Positions 25,445 to 36,526 of a stretch of 64,000 bases of DNA are shown one piece after another. The notes under the pieces are model-generated. The model was not told where the DNA came from. It saw nothing but the letters and a program-made list of their open reading frames with translations, and made no database searches. The stretch covers positions 171,756-235,755 of the forward strand of contig CAVPVN010000002.1 in NCBI GenBank assembly GCA_963709265.1. Reading direction: 5' to 3'. The translations under genes and the position numbers were made by a program. The stretch is from an uncultured Actinomycetes bacterium (GTDB lineage: Bacteria; Actinomycetota; Thermoleophilia; Gaiellales; Gaiellaceae). Position 1 is the stretch's first letter. Each line of letters begins with the position of its first letter.

Positions 25445-27542
25445 CAGGCGTCGCCCCCGTGGGCGAGCCGGAGCTCGGCGAGCGGGATCCCGAGGAGGCT
25501 CGGTCCGCCGGCCGTGCCAATCCGGCGCACCTCGACGTCGCCGCCGGTCGGATCGGGCTCGACCTGTTCCGGCGGGACGGCGACGATCACCTGGCCGCCG
25601 ACCTCCCCGAACAGCGTCAGCGGGTCCTCGTCGAGCTCGAGCTCCGCCCCACGGCCGCTCCAGAGGGCCGCCTCGGCGAGCGCGATCGCGAGCCCGCCCT
25701 CCGCGACGTCGTGGACGAGCGAGGCGTGCTGCGCGGCGCGCGTCGCGTGGCGGACGAGCGCCGCCTCGGACTCGAGGTCGAGCGAGGGGATACCGCCGAG
25801 CGTGCCCCATCGCGCCTGCGCCTCCGAGCCTGCGAGCGTGAGCGGCGAGCGCGAGCGCGCGAGAAGAATCGCGTCGCCCTCGCTCCAGCCGCCCGGGACG
25901 CGGCGCACGTCCGGCACGAGCCCCACACAGCCGACGACCGGGGTCGGGGGGATCGAGCGCCCGTCCGTGTCGTTGTAGAGCGAGACGTTGCCGGAGACGA
26001 CCGGGACGCCGAGCGCCTCGCACGCGAGCGCCATCCCCTCGATCGCCTCGCCGAGCTCCCAGCCGATCTCCGCCTTCTCCGGGTTGCCGAAGTTGAGGCA
26101 GTCTGTGAAGCCGAGCGGCTCGCCGCCGACGCAGGCGACGTTGCGCGCCGCCTCGAGGATCGCCAGCTGCCCGCCAACCCGCGGGTCGAGCGACCCGACC
26201 CGCCCCTGGCCGTCGAGGGTCACCGCGAGGCCCCGCCAGGCTGGACGCAGCCGCAGCACCGCGGCGTCGAGACCCGGCCGGCGGACGGTGCGCGACAGCA
26301 CGAGCTGGTCGTAGCGGCGCGTGACGAACACCCGCGAGCACAGCGCCGGCGAGGCGAGCAGGTCGAGCACCGCGTCACGCACGGGTGGAACGGCGGTCGG
26401 GGCGTCCGGCGGCGGGATACGCGGCTCGCGCTCGACGGCGTACCGAGGGCATCGCTCCGTCAGGAACCCTGCCTCGATCACGCCCACCTCGTCGCCCTCC
26501 CAGAGCGCGCGCAGGAGCCCCGTCTCGGTGACCTCTCCGATCACGGCGCGGTGGAGCTCCCAGCGGTCGATCACCGCCTCGACGTCCGCGAGCCGCTCGG
26601 ACGTGACGATGGCGACCATCCGCTCCTGCGACTCCGAGATCATCACCTCCCACGGCTCCATGCCCTCTTCGCGCTGAGGGACGCGGTCGAGGTGGACGTC
26701 GATCCCGTAGTCGGCTGCCATCTCGGAGAGCGACGAGGCGAGGCCGGCCGCGCCGCAGTCCTGGAGCGAGAGCACGAGACCGCGCTCGACGAGCTCGGCC
26801 GAGACCTCGATCAGCCGCTTCCCGGTGAACGGATCGCCGACCTGCACCGACGGGCGCTTGTCGGGGTCGTCCTCCCCGAGCTCGGCGCTCGCGAGCACCG
26901 ACGCGCCGCCGATCCCGTCCCGGCCCGTCGTCGCGCCGTAGAGGACCACGAGCGCCCCCGGCGTCGTCGCCTTCGCGCGGGTGAGCCGCTCGGCGGGGAG
27001 CAGCCCCACGCACATCGCGTTGACGAGGCAGTTCGATCCGTACGCCTCGTCGAACACCACCTCGCCGCCGACGGTCGGGACGCCGACGCAGTTGCCGTAG
27101 TGCCCGATCCCGCCGACGGCGCGCGAGAAGTGGCCGTCGGGCGCGCCGAACCGCAGGCCGTCGAGCAGCGCGACCGGCCGCGCGCCCATCGCCGAGATGT
27201 CGCGCAGGATGCCCCCGACCCCGGTCGCGGCCCCCTGGAACGGCTCGACCGCGGAGGGGTGGTTGTGGCTCTCGACCTTGAACGCGACGGCGAGGCCGTC
27301 GCCCAGGTCGAGCGACGCCCGCGTTCTCACCGGGGCCCTGCAGCACACGCGGACCCCTCGCTCGGCAGGCGGCGGAGCAGGAGCGCGGAGTGCTTGTAGC
27401 CGCAGTGCTCCGACCAGAGGAGCGAGAAGACGGCGAGCTCGAAGTGGTTCGGCTCGCGCCCCATCAGCGAGACGATGTGGGCGAGCTCCCCGTCCGTGAG
27501 GCCGAGCTGTCGATGGAGCGGCTGTTCCGCGACCGGGCTCAG
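25444..27542 (-). pseudogene. purL: phosphoribosylformylglycinamidine synthase subunit PurL, reading frame broken twice near the 5' end (or sequence errors)
   Basis: The main frame (25444..27348) carries [38 protein letters not shown] onward. The conserved [12 protein letters not shown] is in a second frame. The N-terminus QLGLTDGELAHIVSLMGREPNHFELAVFSLLWSEHCGYKHS is in a third frame that stops at 27329..27327. The only start-like codon is CTG at 27542. Confidence 0.75.
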
Positions 27543-27620
27543 GCGGCCAGTCTAGCCCCGGGCTCGGCGGGCACAGCGGCCTGTGGCGGGGCGGCGCGAC
27601 GCCGGCTGTAGCGTCCTGAC

Positions 27621-28481
27621 ATGTCTCGGCGCGACCTCGGCCTCCTCGTCGCGCTGTCGGCGATCTGGGGGTCGTCGTTCCTCTTCATCAAGGTGGGCGT
27701 CGAGGAGCTCGAGCCGGCCGTCGTGGTGTGCGGACGGCTCGTCGTCGGCGCTCTGGTGCTTGTTCCCGTCGTCATCGCACGGGGTGGGGTCTCGGGGCTC
27801 AGGGCGATGCTCGTGCCGATCGCCGTGCTCGGCGCGCTGAACAACGCGCTGCCGTACTGGCTGCTCAGCTTCGCCGAGACGCGAATCGACTCCGGTCTCG
27901 CAGCGGTCATCCAGGCGGCCGCGCCGATCTTCACGGTGCTCCTCGCGATCCGCATCGACCCCTCGCAGCGCGTCACCGGACTGCGGCTCGTCGGCGTCGG
28001 GCTCGGCTTCGTCGGCGTCGCGCTCCTCGTCGGGGTGCAGGAGGGCGGCGAGCTGCTCGGCGCGGTTGCGGTCGTCGGCACCGCGCTCTGCTACGCGGTC
28101 TCGGTGCTCTACGCGGGTCGCGCGATCCGCTCCTTCTCGCCGCTCGACGTGTCGATCGGGCAGCTCAGCGTCGGCGCACTCCTCACGCTCCCGGCAGCCC
28201 TCCTGCAGTGGCCCGCCGAGACGCCCTCGGCGAAGGTCGTCGGGGCAGTCCTCGTGCTGGGAGTGCTCGGGACGGGCGTCGCCTATCTCCTCTACTTCGC
28301 GCTGATCGTGCGCGCCGGCGCGTCGCGCGCGATCCTCGTGACGTACCTCGTGCCGGCGTTCGCGCTCGTCTACGGCTCGCTGATCCTCGACGAGCCCGTC
28401 ACGGCGTCCGCGCTCGCGGGCCTCGCGCTGATCCTCGGCGGCACGACGCTCGCGACCGGCGGGAGGATCCGCCGTGGGTAG
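27621..28481 (+). CDS. EamA/DMT family transporter
   Basis: 10-TM profile. IWGSSFLFIKVGV and duplicated EamA halves. Confidence 0.85.
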   Translation: MSRRDLGLLVALSAIWGSSFLFIKVGVEELEPAVVVCGRLVVGALVLVPVVIARGGVSGLRAMLVPIAVLGALNNALPYWLLSFAETRIDSGLAAVIQAAAPIFTVLLAIRIDPSQRVTGLRLVGVGLGFVGVALLVGVQEGGELLGAVAVVGTALCYAVSVLYAGRAIRSFSPLDVSIGQLSVGALLTLPAALLQWPAETPSAKVVGAVLVLGVLGTGVAYLLYFALIVRAGASRAILVTYLVPAFALVYGSLILDEPVTASALAGLALILGGTTLATGGRIRRG

Positions 28482-28490
28482 CGTGGCCAT

Positions 28491-29405
28491 GTGAACCGGT
28501 ACTGGACGCTGATCCTCGTCCTCGCGGCAGTCTGGGGCGCGTCGTACCTCTTCATCAAGGTCGCGGTCGAGGGAGGCCTCGAGCCGTCGCCGCTGATGGG
28601 CGCCCGCGCCGCAATCGCGGCACTCGTGCTGTTCGGCTTCCTCGCCCGGACGATGGGCGCCCGGCGCGCCGTCGCGGAGCTGCGCGCCTCGTGGCACCGC
28701 TGGGTGGTGCTCGGCGTCGTCGCGAACGCGCTGCCGTTCTGGCTCGTCGCCTGGGGCGAGAAGCACGTCGACTCCGGGATCGCGGCGGTGGCGCAGTCGA
28801 CGGTGCCGCTCTTCACCGTCCTCCTCGGCCTCCGCTTCCTTCCCCACGAGCCGCTCTCGCGCGTACAGCTGACGGGGTTCGGCCTCGGTCTCGTCGGCGT
28901 CACGGTGCTCGCGGGCGGCGGCCCGGCGGGAGGCTGGTGGGCCGTGGCGGGGACGCTCGCGGTGGTGCTCTCGTCACTCGCCTACGCGAGCGGAGCCGTG
29001 ATCGGGCAGCGGAGCGTCGGCAGCACGCCGGGCCCCGTGCTCGCGACGGGCGCGATGATCGCCGCGGCCCTCTCCCTGCTCCCGTTCGCCGTGCTCCAGC
29101 GGCCGACCGCGATGCCCGACACGGACGCGATCCTCTCGCTGCTCGCGCTCGCGCTCCTCGGGACCGCGCTCGCGCAGCTCGTCCTGTACCGGACGATCCG
29201 GCTGTACGGCGGCCGGCGCATGAGCCTCGTGACGTACCTGATGCCCGCGTTCGCCCTCGTCTACGGCGCCGTGCTGCTCGACGAGTCGATCACCGTCTCG
29301 GTGCTCGCCGGGCTGGCGCTGATCCTCGGCGGGGTCGCGCTCGGGTCCGGCTCGCGCCTGCGGCGCTCGGCCCGCGCGGATCGCGTCGAGGCGAGCCCGG
29401 GATGA
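28491..29405 (+). CDS. EamA/DMT family transporter (tandem paralogue)
   Basis: VWGASYLFIKVAV and the same architecture as the upstream gene. Confidence 0.85.
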   Translation: MNRYWTLILVLAAVWGASYLFIKVAVEGGLEPSPLMGARAAIAALVLFGFLARTMGARRAVAELRASWHRWVVLGVVANALPFWLVAWGEKHVDSGIAAVAQSTVPLFTVLLGLRFLPHEPLSRVQLTGFGLGLVGVTVLAGGGPAGGWWAVAGTLAVVLSSLAYASGAVIGQRSVGSTPGPVLATGAMIAAALSLLPFAVLQRPTAMPDTDAILSLLALALLGTALAQLVLYRTIRLYGGRRMSLVTYLMPAFALVYGAVLLDESITVSVLAGLALILGGVALGSGSRLRRSARADRVEASPG

Positions 29406-29917
29406 CCGCCTCGGTCGCCGTTCGCGCCGCCACGCAGGCGGACGTGCCGTACCTCGTGGCCCTGTTCCGACGCGACGACGTCGCCCCCTTCCTCGCGGCG
29501 ATCCGGCCGTCGAGCGACGAGGCAGTCGCCGCCGAGATCGCGCGCGCCGACGGGGATCCCGAGGGGTACGGGGTCGTCGTGCTCGAGGTGGACGGAGGGC
29601 CGATCGGCACCGCGACGTGGGAGCGGGTGAACCGGCGCTCGGGGATCGCGTCGGTCGGAGGCTTCGTGATCGACCCGGAGCACCGCGGCACGGGGGTGTC
29701 GGTGGACGCTGCCCGCGCCCTCCACGCGCACCTCTTCGCGCTCGGGTTCCACCGTCTGCAGATGGAGGTCTACGGCTTCAACGAGCGTGCGCTTGGCCAC
29801 GCCGAGCGCTCCGGGTGGACCCGCGAGGGCGTCCGCCGCAAGGCTTATTGGCGTAACGACGAGTGGGTCGACGGGGTTCTGTTCGGGCTCCTCGAGGAGG
29901 ACCTTCGCGGGGAATAG
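29402..29917 (+). CDS. GNAT family N-acetyltransferase
   Basis: GFVIDPEHRGTGVSVDAARALHAHLFALGFHRLQMEVYGFNERALGHAERSGW (acetyl-CoA-binding motif A). ATGA overlap with the DMT gene. Confidence 0.8.
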   Translation: MTASVAVRAATQADVPYLVALFRRDDVAPFLAAIRPSSDEAVAAEIARADGDPEGYGVVVLEVDGGPIGTATWERVNRRSGIASVGGFVIDPEHRGTGVSVDAARALHAHLFALGFHRLQMEVYGFNERALGHAERSGWTREGVRRKAYWRNDEWVDGVLFGLLEEDLRGE

Positions 29918-29923
29918 CGGGGG

Positions 29924-31030
29924 TCATCCCGCGGCGAGGAAGGCGCTCAGGCGCTCGAACGCCTCCGCCGCGCCGAGGCGCCCGAGCCCGAACCGCACGT
30001 GACCCGGCTCGTCGTAGACCTCACCGGGGAGGAGCAGGACACCCGCTTCGACGGCGAGCCGCTCGCAGAACGCCTGCGTGCCACCGACCGAGAGTCGGGG
30101 GAACCCGATCGGCGACGCGTCCGGCCTCACCCAGGCGACGACGTTCGAATGGCGCTCGACGAAGGCGTCCGCGAGCGCGAGGTTCCGGAGGACGAGCGTG
30201 CGGTTCCGCTCGACGATCCCGGCCCGGTTTCTCAGTGCGACCGCTGCCAGGAGCTCGCTCGGCGCGCTGGAGCAGATCGTCGTGTAGAACTTCGCGGCGA
30301 CGACCGCCTCGCGCAGCGCGGGGTCTCGGCACGCGATCCATCCGGTGCGGAGGCCGGGCAGGCCGTAGGTCTTCGAGACGCTCCCGAGCGAGACGGCCCG
30401 CTCGTACAGGTCGCACGCCGCGGGGAGCCGTGCAGCGGGATCGTGCTCCAGCTCGCGGTAGACCTCGTCGCAGAAGAGCGCTGCGCCCCGCTCGGCGCAC
30501 AGCTCGACGACCCGATCGAGCACCTCGCGCGACATCGACCTCCCCGTCGGGTTGTGCGGCGTGTTGACGTAGACCAGCCGTGTGTCCGGCCGAAGCAGCC
30601 GCTCGAGCTCGTCCAGGTCGTACCTCCAGCCGTCCGCATACCGCCGCCGCCAGACGGAGACCTCCGCGCCGGTCGACCGCGCGACTGCGAGCGCCGACTC
30701 GTAACACGGCGTCTCGACGACCGCGTGGTCGCCGGGCCCGAGCAGCGCCGTCTCGACCGCGAAGATCCCCTCCTCGGCCGCGGCGAGCGCGACGACCGCG
30801 TCGGAGCCCGTTCCGTCGTAAAGCCCCGCGATCGCCGCACGCAGCTCCTCCGAGCCGGGCACCTCGGTGTAGCCGAGGCGCAGCGCGTGGAGCCGCTCGC
30901 GCGCGTCGGGCTCGAGCTCGAGGAGATCGCCGACCGTCACCGTTTCGCAGTCGCTCGAAGAGAGCATGAGCTCGGTCGTGAACTCGTACCGCTCGTACCA
31001 GTGCTCGATGCGGAAGGGCGGGAGCCGCAT
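29924..31030 (-). CDS. class I/II PLP-dependent aminotransferase
   Basis: VNTPHNPTG, FCDEVY, SLGSVSKTYGLPGLRTGW (PLP lysine). ATG at 31030 within the fused ORF 29924..32137. Confidence 0.85.
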   Translation of the reverse strand: MRLPPFRIEHWYERYEFTTELMLSSSDCETVTVGDLLELEPDARERLHALRLGYTEVPGSEELRAAIAGLYDGTGSDAVVALAAAEEGIFAVETALLGPGDHAVVETPCYESALAVARSTGAEVSVWRRRYADGWRYDLDELERLLRPDTRLVYVNTPHNPTGRSMSREVLDRVVELCAERGAALFCDEVYRELEHDPAARLPAACDLYERAVSLGSVSKTYGLPGLRTGWIACRDPALREAVVAAKFYTTICSSAPSELLAAVALRNRAGIVERNRTLVLRNLALADAFVERHSNVVAWVRPDASPIGFPRLSVGGTQAFCERLAVEAGVLLLPGEVYDEPGHVRFGLGRLGAAEAFERLSAFLAAG

Positions 31031-31093
31031 GGGTTCATCGTCCCAGATGCGGAGAGTAGGCTCCCCGCACCCACACCGTCGAAGGAGAGGCAC

Positions 31094-31252
31094 ATGGCGT
31101 TCCTCGTTGCACTGGGCGTGTTCGTCGCGGCGATCGTCCTCGGCATCGTCTTCTTTTCGACCGGGCACGTGGTGCTCGGGATCGTCGCGCTGCTCGGCAG
31201 CCTCCCTTTCGCACTCGCCGCCTGGGTGAAATGGGCCGACCGCGGGATCTGA
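31094..31252 (+). CDS. small two-helix membrane protein (52 aa)
   Basis: The ATG is preceded by GAAGGAGAGG. MAFLVALGVFVAAIVLGIVFFSTGHVVLGIVALLGSLPFALAAWV. Confidence 0.5.
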   Translation: MAFLVALGVFVAAIVLGIVFFSTGHVVLGIVALLGSLPFALAAWVKWADRGI

Positions 31253-31272
31253 GCCCCGGGCGCTGACCGCGA

Positions 31273-32250
31273 TCACGCCGGCACGGCGGCGCCCTCCGCA
31301 AGGGCGCGCTCGATGCCGCGGACGACCTCGTCCGGCGCGTCGAGCCAGACGAGATGTCCCGCGTCGGGCACGGGGACGATGCGGATCGACGGATTTCGCT
31401 CGACGATCGCCGCCCACGCCTCCGCGACCGGCGCGGAGACGAACACGTCGCGCTCCCCCCGGAGGAACACCGTCGGCACCCCGAGCTCCTGCCAGCGCTC
31501 CCCGAGGCAGAGCTCCCGACGGAGTCGCATCCCGCGGTAGGTCCCGAGCGACCGAACCACGCCGAGGTGGGCGTCGCGATTCCGGAGCTCGCAGAGAACG
31601 TCCGCATCGAGCATCTCGTCGTCGAGCCTCTCCGGGTGCGCGACCGCGATCTGCCCCATCAGCGTGCGCATCTTCTCCCGGCTCGGCCGCGACAGCGCGA
31701 GCCGTCCCAGCGTCCGCCCGATGAGGGGCAGCTTGACGAACAGCCCGAGCACCCGGAGCGGCGTCGGGAGGTCGCGAGTCACGCCGAGCGGCGCGCCGAC
31801 CAGTACGAGCCGCCCGACCCGCTGCGGCGCGCCGAGCGCGAAGACGGTCGTCACGAACCCCCCGAGCGAGCAGCCGACGAGGTCGACGCGGTCGAGCCCG
31901 AGCCCGTCCAGAACGTCGCCGAGGAACGTGGCCGAGAGCGTGGCGAGATCCGCCGCCTCGTAGTCGAACGGGTCCGCGAGGCCGTGGCCGGGCAGGTCGA
32001 CGGCGAGGACGCGATGGTGCTCGGCGAGCGATGCCAGGATCGGCGCCCAGAGAGCGGCGTTGTCGAAGGCGCCGTGGACGAGCACGAGCGGCGGCCCGTC
32101 CCCGAGCGCGAGCACCCGGGTCTCGCCCTGCGACCACCGCAGGCGCCGCGAGCTCGTTCCCGGCGCGAGCCGCTCGAGCACGGCTCCGTGCGCCGCCTCG
32201 ATCCTCCAGTCGAGCTCGCTTGCGCCGGACGTTGCCTCCCGGGAGGTCAC
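31273..32250 (-). CDS. alpha/beta hydrolase fold protein
   Basis: LVLVHGAFDN and the nucleophile elbow GCSLGG, with HLVWLD near the C-terminus. The GTG overlaps the upstream cupin stop (GTGA). Confidence 0.8.
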   Translation of the reverse strand: MTSREATSGASELDWRIEAAHGAVLERLAPGTSSRRLRWSQGETRVLALGDGPPLVLVHGAFDNAALWAPILASLAEHHRVLAVDLPGHGLADPFDYEAADLATLSATFLGDVLDGLGLDRVDLVGCSLGGFVTTVFALGAPQRVGRLVLVGAPLGVTRDLPTPLRVLGLFVKLPLIGRTLGRLALSRPSREKMRTLMGQIAVAHPERLDDEMLDADVLCELRNRDAHLGVVRSLGTYRGMRLRRELCLGERWQELGVPTVFLRGERDVFVSAPVAEAWAAIVERNPSIRIVPVPDAGHLVWLDAPDEVVRGIERALAEGAAVPA

Positions 32251-32645
32251 CGCGCCGCCTCGGCCGGGGCCGAGCCCAATGCGTTCAGGTTGTCCATGAC
32301 GACGGACAGCGTCTTCATGAGCCCGTCGGTGGGGCTGAACTCCACGATCTCGGCCCCAGCGTGGTGGACCGGCGTGTGCCCGGGCGGGACGTAGTACGCG
32401 TCGCCCGCGCGGTAGGTCTCCTCGCGATCGGCAAAGCGGAACGTCATCGAGCCGGCCACGACGTAGCCGAGCCGCGGGACCTGGCAGCGGTCCTCCGGGA
32501 GCCCGCGGAACAGCGGGGCCAGGTCTGCGTCCGCCGTGTGGGACTCGAAGCAGACCGAGTAGCCCCCCTCGAAGTGCTCCTGCCACACGTCGAGACCGTC
32601 GAGCGAGATTCTCCCGGTCGCCGTCTCCTTCGAAACCTTCGCCAT
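32247..32645 (-). CDS. cupin domain protein
   Basis: 132 aa. GYVVAGSMTFRFADREETYRAGDAYYVPPGHTPVH. AGGAGG lies upstream of the ATG. Confidence 0.7.
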   Translation of the reverse strand: MAKVSKETATGRISLDGLDVWQEHFEGGYSVCFESHTADADLAPLFRGLPEDRCQVPRLGYVVAGSMTFRFADREETYRAGDAYYVPPGHTPVHHAGAEIVEFSPTDGLMKTLSVVMDNLNALGSAPAEAAR

Positions 32646-32767
32646 GGTCGCCTCCTGCTGGAATCGCGGTGTCGGAGCGGAGGCTAGGGCGGTGCCGTCG
32701 ACGTGCCTTCGGTCGAAGCACCCAACCTCGCGCTGTTGTCGCCGTGGGTGAATCCACCCATGCGAGG

Positions 32768-34405
32768 TCAGACGAGGTCGTTCTCATAGGCGTAGGCCGT
32801 CGCGCCGGCCCGGGAGGAGACGTGGAGCTTCGCGAAGATGTTGCTCACGTGCCGGTCGACCGTGCGTGCGCTCAGGACGAGCTCCTCGGCGATCGCCTTG
32901 TTCGTCTTGCCGGCGGCCACGAGCCGCAGCACCTCGAGCTCCCGCCGGCTCAGCCCGTGCGCCGTGGAGAGCCGCCGCGCGCCACCGCCCGAACGGTCGA
33001 GTCGCCCGAGATCGTACGCGGCACCCAGCCCCTCGAAGGCGCTCCGGGCGGCGGCGAGCTCGAGGTCGGCCGAGTCGTCGTCGCCCAGCGCTCGGCAGGC
33101 GCGGCCGACGAGCTCGCGCGACCGCGCCTCCTCGTACGGCGCACCGAGCTCCTGCCAGATCTCGAGCGCCCGCCGGAGTGACACGAGAGCGCGGGCCGGC
33201 TCGCCCTCTGCGAGCTCGACTGCGCCCCGCGCGTGAGACGCGGTTCCCCGGATGAGCTCGCTGCCGATCTCGGCGGCCAGCCCCTCGAGCTCGGCGCAGG
33301 CGCGGGCCGCGGCATCGACGTCCTCGACCGCCAGGAGGATGTCGACGGCCGCCGCGAGCTGGCCGGCGCGTCGGTGCGGCACCGTCGTCTCGCCGAGCAC
33401 GCGGTGGATCGTCGCCGCTGCCGCCTCGCCGCGCCCCTGGAAGAGGCGCAGCAGCGCGAGGCCCGGTTGCGGCTCGAACCCGAAACGACTCGCCTCCCGG
33501 TAGGTGCGCTCGGCCGCGGTGAGCTCACCGCGGAGTCGATGGAGCTCCGCCTGCCGGTAGAGGGCGTCGGCTGCGGCAGCCTGGTTGAAGCCGGCGGCGA
33601 GCCGCTCGCCGGCGCGCCTCGCCTCGAGCAACGCGTCGTTCCAGTCGCCGGCGAGCTGCAGGATCTCGGCTCGGTGGACGAGGCACCGTCCGGTGAACGC
33701 GACGAGGTCCGACTGGCCCTCGCACCACCGGCTGAGAGCCGTGGTCCACTCCCGGGCGCGGCGGACCTCGTACACCTCCTGGCACGCGAGGATCACGCCG
33801 CAGTAGACGAGACCGGAGACGATCGGCGAGAGCTCGCTCGTCGTCAGCGCCACCATCGCCTCGTCGAGGAGCGCCAGGCCCTCGGCGACCCGGCCGCCCG
33901 TCGTCAGCATCTGGCCCTGTGCATGAGTCGCGAGGGCGAAGAGATCCGGGTCGCCGAAGCGCCGTCCGATCGCCGCGGCCTCGCCCGCGGACGCGGCCGC
34001 CGCTTGCCAGTCCCCCGTCGCGGCATGCCGAAACACGTCCGGGATCAGGGCATAGCCGCGCTCGACGCAGTCCCCCTCGTTCTCGAGCAGGCGCTGTGCC
34101 CGCCCGAGCCAGCCCGTGGCCGGCCCCATCTCGCCTCGCAGTAAGTGGTTGACGCCGATCCAGCCCGCGCAGTGCGCGGCGCGGCGTCGGTTGCCGGCGT
34201 CCGCGTACCGCCGGTGCGCTCGCTCGAGCACGGCCATCCACTCGTCGTCGCGGCCGAGCATGTACGCGGCGGTGGCCAGGAGCTCGAGGTCGAGCGGCTC
34301 CAGCACCGTCTCACGGTCCGCCAGTGCGAGTCCGTCGTACGCGTCGCCCCACGTCCTGGCGGCGTAGGACGCTCGGCCGCGCTCGAGTGCGTCACTTGGC
34401 TCCAT
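32768..34405 (-). CDS. LuxR family transcriptional regulator with a TPR-like helical sensor region
   Basis: C-terminal [43 protein letters not shown]; about 450 aa of helical repeats upstream. Start is ATG 34405 or 34432. Confidence 0.8.
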   Translation of the reverse strand: MEPSDALERGRASYAARTWGDAYDGLALADRETVLEPLDLELLATAAYMLGRDDEWMAVLERAHRRYADAGNRRRAAHCAGWIGVNHLLRGEMGPATGWLGRAQRLLENEGDCVERGYALIPDVFRHAATGDWQAAAASAGEAAAIGRRFGDPDLFALATHAQGQMLTTGGRVAEGLALLDEAMVALTTSELSPIVSGLVYCGVILACQEVYEVRRAREWTTALSRWCEGQSDLVAFTGRCLVHRAEILQLAGDWNDALLEARRAGERLAAGFNQAAAADALYRQAELHRLRGELTAAERTYREASRFGFEPQPGLALLRLFQGRGEAAAATIHRVLGETTVPHRRAGQLAAAVDILLAVEDVDAAARACAELEGLAAEIGSELIRGTASHARGAVELAEGEPARALVSLRRALEIWQELGAPYEEARSRELVGRACRALGDDDSADLELAAARSAFEGLGAAYDLGRLDRSGGGARRLSTAHGLSRRELEVLRLVAAGKTNKAIAEELVLSARTVDRHVSNIFAKLHVSSRAGATAYAYENDLV

Positions 34406-35960
34406 GCTTCGCTGGTCGGCGACGCAGCCCATTATCCGACCGAACGCGACCCGCGCGGGTTGACGGACCCGGCGCGACGGTGGGGGCAGGCTTCGAGGCC
34501 GTTAGACGGCGACCGGCGCGGCTTCGCCCTGCGGCGACGGCGACGACGTCGCGGCGCCGTAGGAGCACCGCCAGCAGGACCCCGGCGACGACGAGGAACG
34601 AGGCCGAGAGCGCCCAGGCGACATGAAAGCCGGACACGAGCGCGTCGGCCTGTTCGGCCGGCGTCGGCGCGTGGCCGAGGGAGGAGAGCTCGTCGGTGGT
34701 CCGGCTCGTGGCGAAGGTCGAGAGCAGGGCGAGCCCGAGCGCGCCGCCGATCTGCTGGGCCGTGTTGAACAGCCCCGACGCGAGCCCGGCGTCGTCGGCG
34801 GGAATGCCGCTCGTCGCGATCAGCGTGATGGGGACGAAGACGAGCCCCATGCCGATCGAGGTCAGCAGGATCCCGGGAAGCAGGTCCGACACGTACGAGC
34901 CGTCCGGCGTCAGGCGAAGGAACGTCAGCAGACCGAGCGCGCCGAGGCCGAGCCCGATCAGCGGCACCTCGCGGGCGCCGAGCGCCGGCACGAGCTTCTG
35001 CGAGAGACCGGCACCGACGATCACGCCGGCCGTGAACGGCACGAACGCCAACCCCGCCTCGAGCGGCGAGAACCCGAGCACCTTCTGGACGTACAGCGTG
35101 TTGAAGAAGAACATCGAGAACAGCCCGGCAGCGACGATGAACATCGCGACGTTCGCGGCGCGTACGGTCTTCACCGAGAAGATCGAGAGGCGGACGAGCG
35201 GTTCGGCGGAGCGGCGCTCGATCAGCACGAACGCGACGAGCAGCACCGCGGAGAGCGCGATGAACCCGAGCACCTCCGCCGATCCCCAGCCGGACTCGGA
35301 GGAGCGGACGATCCCGTAGACGAGGGCGATCAGGCCGCCGGTCACCGTCGCGGCGCCCGCCAGGTCGAAGCTCTTGTGGGCGTGCTCGTCCTTCGACTCC
35401 GGCACGAGGCGCATGGACAGGACGAAGGCGACGATCCCCACCGGCACGTTGACGAAGAAGATCCACGGCCAGGACAGCACCTCGACGAGCAAGCCGCCCA
35501 GCACGAGGCCGACCGCGCCGCCACCGACCGCGATCGCCGCCCAGACGCCGAGGGCCTTCGTCCGCTCCGCACCCTCCTTGAACGTCGTCGTCACGATCGA
35601 GAGCGCGGCGGGCGAGACGAGCGCGGCGCCCAGGCCCTGCAGCCCGCGCGCGAGGATCAGCATCGTCTCGCCGGTCGCGAGCGCGCAGAGGAGCGACGCG
35701 GACGTGAAGAGGACGAGACCCGCGAGGAACACGCGCTTGCGGCCGATCAGGTCGCCGGCGCGGCCACCGAGCAGCAGGAAGCCGCCGAACAGGAGCGCGT
35801 ACGCGTTGACGATCCACTGCAGGCTCGACTCGGAGATCCCGAGGTCGGCCTGGATCGACGGCAACGCGACGTTCACGATCGTCGCGTCGAGCACGACCAT
35901 GAACTGCGCGAGGCAGACGAGGACGAGCACGAGCCACGGATTCACGCGTCCGGCGGTCAT
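34392..35960 (-). CDS. MFS transporter, DHA2 (EmrB/QacA, 14-TMS) type
   Basis: [52 protein letters not shown], 14 predicted helices. ATG at 35960. Confidence 0.85.
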   Translation of the reverse strand: MTAGRVNPWLVLVLVCLAQFMVVLDATIVNVALPSIQADLGISESSLQWIVNAYALLFGGFLLLGGRAGDLIGRKRVFLAGLVLFTSASLLCALATGETMLILARGLQGLGAALVSPAALSIVTTTFKEGAERTKALGVWAAIAVGGGAVGLVLGGLLVEVLSWPWIFFVNVPVGIVAFVLSMRLVPESKDEHAHKSFDLAGAATVTGGLIALVYGIVRSSESGWGSAEVLGFIALSAVLLVAFVLIERRSAEPLVRLSIFSVKTVRAANVAMFIVAAGLFSMFFFNTLYVQKVLGFSPLEAGLAFVPFTAGVIVGAGLSQKLVPALGAREVPLIGLGLGALGLLTFLRLTPDGSYVSDLLPGILLTSIGMGLVFVPITLIATSGIPADDAGLASGLFNTAQQIGGALGLALLSTFATSRTTDELSSLGHAPTPAEQADALVSGFHVAWALSASFLVVAGVLLAVLLRRRDVVAVAAGRSRAGRRLTASKPAPTVAPGPSTRAGRVRSDNGLRRRPAKHGAK

Positions 35961-36055
35961 CTGCGCTCGACCGTAGCAGCGCCCCCGCGGCCCGCCGGGT
36001 ACGGGTTTCCGTACAGCTGCCTCCTCCGGACGGGCCACGGCGGTAGGCTCGCGCC

Positions 36056-36436
36056 ATGGAGCTCATCCACACCTGCTACCGCATCACCGACCCCGAGCGG
36101 TCGATCGCGTTCTACGAGGCGCTCGGGCTCGAGAAGCGCCGTGAGCTGCCGATCCGCGACGAGGCCGTGAACTACTTCCTCGGCGTCCCCGGGAAGCCGC
36201 AGCCGGAGCTCGAGCTGACCTACAACTTCGGCGTCGACTCCTACGAGCTCGGCACCGCGTACGGCCACATCGCGCTGACGATCGAGTCGATGGACGACAC
36301 CCTCGCCGCGCTCGCCGAGAAGGGCATCGAGCCCGAGCGGCCGCCGTACTCGGTGCGCGAGGGCGGCTCGCTGCTCTGCTTCGTCCGCGACCCCGACGGC
36401 TACCGCATCGAGCTGATCGAACGCTCCGACTACTGA
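36056..36436 (+). CDS. gloA: lactoylglutathione lyase (glyoxalase I)
   Basis: 126 aa. HTCYRITDPERSIAFYEALG...ELELTYNFG...GHIALTIESMD...DPDGYRIELIE. Confidence 0.85.
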   Translation: MELIHTCYRITDPERSIAFYEALGLEKRRELPIRDEAVNYFLGVPGKPQPELELTYNFGVDSYELGTAYGHIALTIESMDDTLAALAEKGIEPERPPYSVREGGSLLCFVRDPDGYRIELIERSDY

Positions 36437-36526
36437 CGGAGCCAGCTCTCCGTCGACCGGTCGACCACACCGTCGCGACGCGACGTCCGTCCGCGTCCGC
36501 CGAAAGAGGGGCGTGTGCTTGTCAAT

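Noticed and set aside
24056-26341. 761-aa ORF (and 22150..23751, 29924..32137, 31273..32787, 45116..46738) taken at face value as single large proteins.
   Set aside because: Their N-terminal halves are out-of-frame read-through of the upstream gene, which is recognisable in another frame. True starts were placed where the family-typical N-terminus begins, usually overlapping the upstream stop.
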